Sequence record: PQ433351.1 | From: Escherichia phage vB_Ec-G9 | Length of the DNA stretch: 44,261 nt | Direction: 5' to 3' (one strand) | Part shown: positions 38,094 to 44,261 of the stretch, piece by piece | Layout of the letters: the number at the start of each line of letters is the position of its first letter | Position numbering within the stretch: the first letter of the stretch is position 1 | The notes under the pieces: model-generated | Seen by the model: only the letters and a program-made list of their open reading frames with translations | Databases searched by the model: none | What the model was told of the DNA's origin: nothing | Position numbers and translations under genes: made by a program

Positions 38094-38238
38094 TTGCACA
38101 TGCAAGCATGTAAGATGCCATTAGGTCGCGGTCGGTAGACCGCTAAAGAAAGAGAATAGTAATAAGATGCAGTAGGAGGAACACCAGAAACCTAGCCAAC
38201 CTAGCCTATCCTAGCTCTGTATCTATTGCTTTTCCTTA

Positions 38239-38254
38239 GTCTCACATGTTAGAC
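38239..38254. repeat. palindrome variant GTCTCACATGTTAGAC (copy 5)
   Basis: One half-site base changed. Confidence 0.75.
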
Positions 38255-38288
38255 AACCTAGCTTATTCTTAGTGATGATAACTTAGTG

Positions 38289-38317
38289 TTGACAAGATAA
38301 TCTTAGTGTAATACTAT
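38289..38317 (+). promoter_or_regulatory. host sigma70-type early promoter candidate
   Basis: TTGACA - 17 bp - TACTAT. Confidence 0.55.
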
Positions 38318-38389
38318 GCATCACGTAGGCGGTGCTGAGGCACCTAGTAGCCAGCTAGTAAGGCATACGAAGAGACTAGCGCTTACATT

Positions 38390-38401
38390 GCTCTTTAACA
38401 A
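38390..38401 (+). promoter_or_regulatory. boxA-like antitermination element (copy 1)
   Basis: GCTCTTTAACAA, extended TTGCTCTTTAACAATTTG, identical to E. coli rrn boxA core. Confidence 0.6.
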
Positions 38402-38460
38402 TTTGCTTAGTGTAACCTATGTATGCCGTGGTTAATTACTTATTGAATGAGGGATTAACT

Positions 38461-38640
38461 ATGACATTAAACAACCGTGAACTATCCGTTCTCTTCACTC
38501 TGTTGTGCTACATGATTCGTAACAACGAATTGCTTACAGATGACGAGTTGGCACTGTATCACCGCTTTCTTAACGAAGGTTGGACCGATACAGTTAATCA
38601 ATACCGTAACATGATAGATGAGTTGAGGGAGGGTAAATAA
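38461..38640 (+). CDS. early hypothetical protein (59 aa)
   Basis: RBS GAGGG before ATG 38461; ORF-track start 38419 lies inside an inverted repeat and lacks an RBS. Confidence 0.55.
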   Translation: MTLNNRELSVLFTLLCYMIRNNELLTDDELALYHRFLNEGWTDTVNQYRNMIDELREGK

Positions 38641-38864
38641 TGTATCAACATGAGGTATTCTTTGAATCAGCTAGCGAAGCTATTCGCTTCCGTGATGATA
38701 TGATGCAAGCTGGTGTAGGCGTTGATGTGTATCACTATTTGATAGATTACGACACTGAATATCACCGAGTTACCTTAGTATCTGAGTATGACAACCAAGT
38801 CATTACTGAGTATCTAGGCAGTGAAGATTACGATTACGATGAAGTAATCACGACAAATCTCTAA
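38640..38864 (+). CDS. early acidic Asp/Tyr-rich protein (74 aa)
   Basis: RBS GAGGGAGGG; ATG overlaps upstream stop; acidic C-terminus EDYDYDEVITTNL. Confidence 0.6.
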   Translation: MYQHEVFFESASEAIRFRDDMMQAGVGVDVYHYLIDYDTEYHRVTLVSEYDNQVITEYLGSEDYDYDEVITTNL

Positions 38865-38872
38865 ATTAACTG

Positions 38873-38901
38873 TTGACAGCCACGGCATACAAGGTTACAT
38901 T
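38873..38901 (+). promoter_or_regulatory. host sigma70-type early promoter candidate
   Basis: TTGACA - 17 bp - TACATT. Confidence 0.5.
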
Positions 38902-38934
38902 AAGCATCAAGACGGCGACGTCTTTAAACATCCC

Positions 38935-38946
38935 GCTCTTTAACAA
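38935..38946 (+). promoter_or_regulatory. boxA-like antitermination element (copy 2)
   Basis: CCGCTCTTTAACAAGATG. Confidence 0.55.
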
Positions 38947-38993
38947 GATGGCTAGTGTCTTGATAGGCTAACTGACTAACTAAGGTAATTATC

Positions 38994-39104
38994 ATGAAAG
39001 GTTTAATTTGTGTAGAACGTATGGTCAATGGTAAACTTGAAATATTACCACTGGAAAACCAATCTAGCTTCAAAGAGTGGTATGGCTGTTTCTCACTGAT
39101 TTAA
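38994..39104 (+). CDS. early hypothetical small protein (36 aa)
   Basis: ATG 38994; weak RBS; flanked by boxA copies and a short inverted repeat. Confidence 0.3.
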   Translation: MKGLICVERMVNGKLEILPLENQSSFKEWYGCFSLI

Positions 39105-39146
39105 AGTAAAGGCTGGCACTAGTCAGCCTATCAAGGCACTATCCTT

Positions 39147-39158
39147 GCTCTTTAACAA
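39147..39158 (+). promoter_or_regulatory. boxA-like antitermination element (copy 3)
   Basis: TTGCTCTTTAACAATTTG, 18/18 identical to copy 1. Confidence 0.6.
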
Positions 39159-39253
39159 TTTGGAAGGTAGCTTCTTAGTCGGGATAGGTTAGACCTAGGG
39201 CATTCTTTGAGTGCCCTATAATGTAACCTAACTAACTAATGAGGATTAATAAC

Positions 39254-39610
39254 ATGGCTATGTCTAATATGACTTACTCTCAGGTTTACAACACCGCTCA
39301 CGCTGCATTAGTTGAACGTATCTGGGATGATGCTATTGATTGTATCGATAACGCACATGATGCAATCCATGAGGTGGCGGATAGTGCTGTACCAATCTAT
39401 TATGCTGACATCTTCTCAGTGATGGCCAGTGAAGGCATCGACCACTTCTTCGAGGATTCTGGCTTAATGCCAGACACTAAGGATGTGACGGTCGTACTAC
39501 AAGCCCGTATTTATGAACAACTCACCATTGATTTATGGGAACGTGTTCAAGATATGATTGATGCGTACATCGACTCAGCCGAAGATTTAGAAGAAGAAGA
39601 GGAAGAATAA
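39254..39610 (+). CDS. ocr: Ocr-like DNA-mimic anti-restriction protein (T7 gene 0.3 homologue)
   Basis: MAMSNMTY... [18 protein letters not shown]...[13 protein letters not shown]...[15 protein letters not shown] closely matches T7 Ocr as recalled; acidic EEEEEE C-terminus; RBS GAGGA. Confidence 0.85.
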   Translation: MAMSNMTYSQVYNTAHAALVERIWDDAIDCIDNAHDAIHEVADSAVPIYYADIFSVMASEGIDHFFEDSGLMPDTKDVTVVLQARIYEQLTIDLWERVQDMIDAYIDSAEDLEEEEEE

Positions 39611-39612
39611 AG

Positions 39613-39726
39613 ATGGAAAAGCAATATAACTTTATCTTTTCTGATGGTGTAACCTTGAAATGCTCCTTACGATTCGCCCAGATTCGCGAGGAAGTGCTAG
39701 GTACTACATATAAACTATTTATCTGA
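39613..39726 (+). CDS. early hypothetical small protein (37 aa)
   Basis: ATG 3 nt after ocr stop; below ORF-track cutoff. Confidence 0.3.
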   Translation: MEKQYNFIFSDGVTLKCSLRFAQIREEVLGTTYKLFI

Positions 39727-39740
39727 CACTATAAGAGAGG
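39716..39740 (+). promoter_or_regulatory. phage-promoter-like variant (ACTATAAGAG)
   Basis: TATTTATCTGACACTATAAGAGAGG: upstream half matches, +1 region differs. Confidence 0.35.
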
Positions 39741-39805
39741 ATTTAACAGGGCGTTACTTGTTAGCGCCCGATTAAGTTTATCTCAATAAACCAAATAGGT
39801 GACTT

Positions 39806-40690
39806 ATGACTACTGAAAACACCCTCCTGTCTGTTCGTGAAGCTGCAACCGCTGAGATCAAGCAACACTTAGACAATATCGGCACTTCTTACATCAAAGT
39901 TGGCGCTTGTCTTAATGAGTTACGCGGTGACTTTGAAGGTCAAAAAGACTTTTTGGCTTATGTAGAATCAGAATTTGGAATCAAGAAAGCACAATGTTAC
40001 AAGCTGATGAGTGTAGCCCGTGTCTTTGAAGGCGATGATCGCTTTAAAGGCGTGGCGATGCGTGTAATGCTGGCACTTGTTCCTTTCGCTGATGAAAATA
40101 TCATCATGGAGAAAGCCGCAGAACTTGCCGCAGCGGGCAAGCTGGACACTAACGCCGTGAACGCCCTGATTGAGCCTAAGAAAGAGCCAAAGTCTGAGAC
40201 GGTACAATCCAAGGCTGAGCCTGTAAAACCGAAGGAGAACGCGACTGCGGCCGCAGAATTACAGGAAACGCAAGCGCCGCAGGAAGTGCCGCCAGCAAGT
40301 GAGTCGGATGACGACAAATCAGCACCGTGGGAAGAGGAAAGCAAGCCGGAAGCGCCAAAGGCCGCGCCACTGGACAACACGGCTAACACTGAAAACGCCG
40401 CTATGGCTGGCCTACTGGCACAAATTAAGGCACTGACTGAGCAATTACAGGCAGCTAACGACCGCATCGCCGCCCTAACCAGTGCACGTGAAAGCAAGAA
40501 GGCAGCCGCGCCTATGCTTCCCCAATTCAAATCTAAATGTCTCTATGCTCGCTTGGGTTTAAGCGCTGAGGAGGCAACGAAGAAAACAGCAGTTAACAAG
40601 GCACGCCGCGAACTGGTTAAGCTAGGCTATGGTGAAGGCCATGAAGCATGGGCCTTAATCTCTGAGGCAGTAGAAGAATTAACTAAGTAA
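39806..40690 (+). CDS. early protein with low-complexity Pro/Glu/Lys/Ala-rich central linker (294 aa)
   Basis: ORF immediately upstream of RNAP gene (position of T7 gene 0.7); noticeably GC-richer codon usage; no kinase motifs seen. Confidence 0.6.
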   Translation: MTTENTLLSVREAATAEIKQHLDNIGTSYIKVGACLNELRGDFEGQKDFLAYVESEFGIKKAQCYKLMSVARVFEGDDRFKGVAMRVMLALVPFADENIIMEKAAELAAAGKLDTNAVNALIEPKKEPKSETVQSKAEPVKPKENATAAAELQETQAPQEVPPASESDDDKSAPWEEESKPEAPKAAPLDNTANTENAAMAGLLAQIKALTEQLQAANDRIAALTSARESKKAAAPMLPQFKSKCLYARLGLSAEEATKKTAVNKARRELVKLGYGEGHEAWALISEAVEELTK

Positions 40691-40753
40691 CCTTATCGGT
40701 GGCATCTTCTTAGGTGTCACCTATTAAGGTTTCTTTCACTAGGAGTAAACAAG

Positions 40754-43381
40754 ATGCAAGACTTACACGCTATTCAACTTCAACTTGAAGAAGAAATGTT
40801 TAACGGCGGTATCCGTCGCTTTGAAGCGGACCAACAGCGCCAGATTGCATCCGGTAATGAATCAGACACGGCATGGAATCGCCGCTTATTGTCCGAGTTA
40901 ATTGCGCCAATGGCTGAAGGTATTCAGGCATACAAGGAAGAGTATGAAGGTAAAAGAGGCCGTGCACCGCGTGCATTAGCTTTCATTAACTGCGTAGAAA
41001 ATGAAGTGGCAGCGTATATCACGATGAAAATCGTTATGGATATGCTGAACACGGATGTAACCTTGCAGGCTATAGCCATGAATGTAGCTGACCGCATTGA
41101 GGACCAAGTACGTTTTAGCAAGCTGGAAGGTCACGCCGCCAAATACTTTGAGAAAGTTAAGAAGTCACTTAAGGCAAGTAAGACTAAATCATATCGCCAT
41201 GCGCACAACGTAGCGGTCGTGGCTGAGAAGTCAGTAGCTGACCGTGACGCTGATTTCTCTCGCTGGGAGGCGTGGCCTAAAGATACCTTGCTACAAATCG
41301 GTATGACCTTGCTAGAAATACTGGAAAATAGTGTATTCTTCAATGGTCAGCCTGTCTTTCTTCGCACCTTGCGCACTAATGGTGGCAAGCATGGCGTTTA
41401 CTACTTACAGACTAGCGAACACGTAGGTGAATGGATAACTGCATTTAAAGAGCACGTAGCTCAGCTGAGTCCAGCCTATGCACCTTGCGTTATTCCTCCG
41501 CGTCCGTGGGTTTCTCCGTTTAATGGTGGCTTTCACACCGAGAAGGTGGCGAGTCGTATTCGTCTGGTTAAAGGAAACCGCGAGCACGTCCGCAAGCTGA
41601 CCAAAAAGCAAATGCCAGCGGTTTACAAGGCTGTTAACGCTTTGCAGGCGACTAAGTGGCAGGTTAATAAAGAGGTTTTGCAGGTAGTAGAGGACGTTAT
41701 CCGTCTCGACCTTGGTTATGGTGTGCCTTCCTTTAAACCACTCATCGACCGTGAGAACAAGCCAGCTAATCCAGTGCCGTTAGAGTTCCAGCACCTGCGA
41801 GGCCGTGAACTTAAAGAGATGCTAACGCCAGAACAGTGGCAAGCTTTTATAAACTGGAAAGGAGAATGTACCAAGCTGTATACCGCTGAAACTAAGCGCG
41901 GAAGCAAGTCGGCGGCGACCGTTCGCATGGTAGGACAAGCGCGCAAGTACAGCCAGTTCGACGCGATTTATTTCGTGTATGCACTGGATAGCCGTTCACG
42001 CGTTTATGCGCAATCTAGCACGCTCTCTCCGCAATCAAACGACTTAGGCAAGGCATTGCTCCGTTTTACCGAAGGGCAGCGTCTTGATAGCGCTGAGGCG
42101 CTTAAGTGGTTTTTGGTGAACGGGGCGAATAACTGGGGTTGGGATAAGAAAACTTTTGACGTGCGCACCGCTAACGTGCTGGATAGCGAATTTCAAGACA
42201 TGTGCCGCGACATTGCAGCCGACCCGCTGACCTTCACTCAATGGGTAAATGCTGATTCCCCTTACGGCTTCCTTGCATGGTGCTTTGAATATGCGCGTTA
42301 TCTGGATGCACTGGATGAAGGCACGCAAGACCAATTCATGACGCACCTACCCGTCCATCAAGACGGTAGTTGCTCTGGTATCCAGCACTATAGCGCGATG
42401 TTACGCGATGAAGTAGGTGCGAAAGCAGTAAACCTTAAGCCTTCTGACTCCCCTCAAGATATTTATGGCGCGGTTGCGCAGGTTGTTATCCAGAAGAATT
42501 ACGCCTACATGAATGCAGATGATGCAGAGACTTTCACATCTGGAAGCGTCACACTTACAGGTGCAGAACTGCGTAGCATGGCTAGTGCGTGGGATATGAT
42601 AGGAATCACTCGCGGCCTGACCAAAAAGCCCGTAATGACACTACCTTATGGCAGCACACGTCTAACCTGCCGTGAATCAGTGATTGATTATATCGTTGAT
42701 TTGGAAGAAAAAGAGGCCCAACGAGCTATTGCCGAAGGGCGGACGGCGAATCCCGTGCACCCTTTTGATAATGACCGCAAAGACTACCTTACACCTGGTG
42801 CAGCCTACAACTATATGACGGCTTTAATTTGGCCTTCTATCTCTGAGGTTGTTAAAGCTCCTATAGTGGCGATGAAGATGATTCGCCAGCTTGCACGTTT
42901 CGCAGCTAAAAGGAATGAAGGGTTAGAATACACCTTGCCAACTGGCTTCATCTTGCAACAAAAGATAATGGCTACCGATATGCTCCGTGTATCCACTTGC
43001 TTGATGGGTGAAATCAAGATGAGTCTACAGATTGAAACTGATGTAGTGGATGAAACGGCAATGATGGGCGCTGCCGCTCCTAACTTTGTTCACGGGCACG
43101 ATGCTAGTCACCTTATATTAACGGTATGTGACCTTGTTGATAAAGGGATTACATCTATCGCAGTAATTCATGATTCTTTTGGCACTCATGCAGGCCGTAC
43201 AGCCGATCTACGCAACAGCTTAAGGGCAGAAATGGTGAAGATGTATCAAGGCCGTAATGCACTGCAAAGCCTGCTAGATGAGCACGAAGAACGCTGGTTA
43301 GTTGATACAGGAATCCAAGTACCAGAGCAAGGAGAGTTTGACCTTAACGAAATCTTAGTATCTGACTATTGCTTCGCATAA
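40754..43381 (+). CDS. single-subunit DNA-dependent RNA polymerase (T7/SP6 type)
   Basis: [39 protein letters not shown] and C-terminal SDYCFA match T7 RNAP catalytic and C-terminal motifs; 875 aa. Confidence 0.95.
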   Translation: MQDLHAIQLQLEEEMFNGGIRRFEADQQRQIASGNESDTAWNRRLLSELIAPMAEGIQAYKEEYEGKRGRAPRALAFINCVENEVAAYITMKIVMDMLNTDVTLQAIAMNVADRIEDQVRFSKLEGHAAKYFEKVKKSLKASKTKSYRHAHNVAVVAEKSVADRDADFSRWEAWPKDTLLQIGMTLLEILENSVFFNGQPVFLRTLRTNGGKHGVYYLQTSEHVGEWITAFKEHVAQLSPAYAPCVIPPRPWVSPFNGGFHTEKVASRIRLVKGNREHVRKLTKKQMPAVYKAVNALQATKWQVNKEVLQVVEDVIRLDLGYGVPSFKPLIDRENKPANPVPLEFQHLRGRELKEMLTPEQWQAFINWKGECTKLYTAETKRGSKSAATVRMVGQARKYSQFDAIYFVYALDSRSRVYAQSSTLSPQSNDLGKALLRFTEGQRLDSAEALKWFLVNGANNWGWDKKTFDVRTANVLDSEFQDMCRDIAADPLTFTQWVNADSPYGFLAWCFEYARYLDALDEGTQDQFMTHLPVHQDGSCSGIQHYSAMLRDEVGAKAVNLKPSDSPQDIYGAVAQVVIQKNYAYMNADDAETFTSGSVTLTGAELRSMASAWDMIGITRGLTKKPVMTLPYGSTRLTCRESVIDYIVDLEEKEAQRAIAEGRTANPVHPFDNDRKDYLTPGAAYNYMTALIWPSISEVVKAPIVAMKMIRQLARFAAKRNEGLEYTLPTGFILQQKIMATDMLRVSTCLMGEIKMSLQIETDVVDETAMMGAAAPNFVHGHDASHLILTVCDLVDKGITSIAVIHDSFGTHAGRTADLRNSLRAEMVKMYQGRNALQSLLDEHEERWLVDTGIQVPEQGEFDLNEILVSDYCFA

Positions 43382-43389
43382 TATTAATA

Positions 43390-43420
43390 GGCCATTCCTT
43401 CGGGAGTGGCCTTTCTTTTA
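43390..43420 (+). terminator. strong intrinsic terminator with UUCG tetraloop after RNAP gene
   Basis: GGCCATTCC-TTCG-GGAGTGGCC (9-bp stem, one G.U) followed by TTTCTTTT. Confidence 0.8.
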
Positions 43421-43454
43421 CCTACTACCTGTAACATTTCATTAACATAAACGT

Positions 43455-43470
43455 GTCTAACATGTGAGAC
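43455..43470. repeat. palindrome variant GTCTAACATGTGAGAC (copy 6)
   Basis: Mirror-image variant of copy 5; abuts promoter at 43471. Confidence 0.75.
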
Positions 43471-43495
43471 TTATTTACCGGACACTATAGGATAG
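43471..43495 (+). promoter_or_regulatory. phage RNAP promoter
   Basis: TTATTTACCGGACACTATAGGATAG. Confidence 0.7.
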
Positions 43496-43499
43496 CCGT

Positions 43500-43630
43500 C
43501 GGAGACGGGAAAGAAAGGGAAGATAAAAGGATATAAAAGGAAGTAATAGGTATTAAAGGTTATATATAGGTTTACCTAGGAATACCTATTACCTTCTTCC
43601 TTCCTCTTATTACTACTTAGAGGAAGGGCA
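43500..43630. other. AT-rich imperfect long inverted repeat; candidate replication origin or structured leader
   Basis: Purine-rich arm GGGAAAGAAAGGGAAGATAAAAGGA and pyrimidine-rich arm CCTTCTTCCTTCCTCTT around TATATAGGTTTACCTAGG; sits between two tandem phage promoters just downstream of the RNAP gene. Confidence 0.4.
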
Positions 43631-43640
43631 GATCTAGGTT

Positions 43641-43656
43641 GTCTCACATGTGAGAC
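43641..43656. repeat. 16-bp perfect palindrome GTCTCACATGTGAGAC (copy 7)
   Basis: Exact; 4 bp upstream of promoter at 43661. Confidence 0.9.
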
Positions 43657-43660
43657 TTCG

Positions 43661-43684
43661 TATTTACCGGACAGTATAGATAAG
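43661..43684 (+). promoter_or_regulatory. phage RNAP promoter (variant -5 G)
   Basis: TATTTACCGGACAGTATAGATAAG. Confidence 0.6.
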
Positions 43685-43706
43685 ACTAACTTACTTTGGA
43701 GGTTAC

Positions 43707-44123
43707 ATGCGTAAATCATTAGCTCAAAGAGTAGAGCAAGCAGGTTATACTATACAAGACGACGGCACTATCAAAGGTAAACGAGGTAACACCTTGAAAC
43801 CCTGGCTTCAATCTTCAGGATATCCAGTTGTAAATATAGTATTCAAGAAAGGTACAAGAACAACTACCCTTGTGCATCGCATAATTGCTAGTAAGTATTG
43901 TCCTTGCTCTGACCCATTGGCTAATGATGTAAACCACAAAGACGGAAACAAGACTAATAATGCAGCTTCTAATCTTGAATGGATTACACGTAGGCAGAAC
44001 CGTAATCACTATTTAGGTTTTGAGGACTATATGATACTTACGGCAGATGATGCCCGTAAGAAGAATAATGAGCGCACTATTGCTCGACGTAAATTACTTA
44101 AACAGTTGAATAATAAGGATTAA
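43707..44123 (+). CDS. HNH homing endonuclease
   Basis: LVHRIIASKY ... VNHKDGNKTNNAASNLEW; RBS GGAGG. Confidence 0.8.
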   Translation: MRKSLAQRVEQAGYTIQDDGTIKGKRGNTLKPWLQSSGYPVVNIVFKKGTRTTTLVHRIIASKYCPCSDPLANDVNHKDGNKTNNAASNLEWITRRQNRNHYLGFEDYMILTADDARKKNNERTIARRKLLKQLNNKD

Positions 44124-44125
44124 TT

Positions 44126-44257
44126 ATGCGTACTAACTTTGAGAAGATGACCCGTAAAGCTAACCGTTTTGACATGGAAGAAGGGCAGAAGAAAGGCAAG
44201 AAGCTGAACAAACCTGTCCGCGACCGTGCATCTAAACGCGCTGCGTGGGAGTTCTAA
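44126..44257 (+). CDS. hypothetical small basic protein (43 aa)
   Basis: RBS AAGGA 6 nt before ATG 44126; directly upstream of primase/helicase start. Confidence 0.4.
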   Translation: MRTNFEKMTRKANRFDMEEGQKKGKKLNKPVRDRASKRAAWEF

Positions 44258-44261
44258 GTTA

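Noticed and set aside
38419-38460. ATG at 38419 as start of the first early gene
   Set aside because: Lies inside the inverted repeat with no RBS; ATG 38461 has a GAGGG RBS at proper spacing.
39112-39127. Sigma54-like TGGCAC element
   Set aside because: The -12 element (TTGC) is absent at correct spacing; the match is to TGGCAC only.
39189-39222. Host promoter upstream of ocr based on a perfect TATAAT at 39217
   Set aside because: No acceptable -35 hexamer at 16-18 bp spacing; ocr is more likely transcribed by readthrough from upstream early promoters.
39997-40530. 177-aa minus-strand ORF in the GC-rich early gene
   Set aside because: Antisense to the 39806..40690 gene; open frames are expected by chance in GC-rich, low-complexity sequence.
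1-44261. Integrase, repressor or other lysogeny functions; tRNA genes
   Set aside because: No recombinase- or repressor-like ORF in any gap and the gene order is that of strictly lytic T7-like phages; no tRNA-like cloverleaf was evident in the few non-coding gaps, though this was not computed exhaustively.

Overview
The window reads as one complete, circularly permuted genome of a lytic T7/SP6-type podophage (Autographiviridae-like), about 44.3 kb, with every supported gene on the + strand. The ends of the window join to form the primase/helicase start codon (A at 44261 plus TG at 1-2). Layout: genome-end region with no ORFs (37620-38288; heptamer repeat array plus GC-rich segment) -> early region driven by host-type sigma70 promoters (small acidic proteins, an Ocr-like DNA mimic, single-subunit RNA polymerase 40754-43381, UUCG-loop terminator) -> origin-like AT-rich region -> replication module (primase/helicase, family A DNA polymerase, exonuclease, endonuclease VII, phosphoesterase, ATP-dependent ligase) -> structural module (portal, scaffold, capsid, tail tube A/B, three internal virion proteins, tail fibre adaptor) -> holin, small and large terminase -> endolysin and spanin candidates -> two tailspikes -> HNH endonuclease. 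About 13 phage-RNAP promoters share the consensus ATTTAC(T/C)GGACACTATAGAAG, which is SP6-like but differs at -12 to -10. Most notable non-genic signals: three exact copies of the E. coli rrn-type boxA antitermination motif in the early leaders; a 16-bp perfect palindrome GTCTCACATGTGAGAC present 7 times in intergenic positions; a 20-bp inverted repeat bracketing a two-gene early cassette; and a conserved twin terminator after two highly expressed genes. All functional calls are from motif recognition and synteny by eye; no database search was run.
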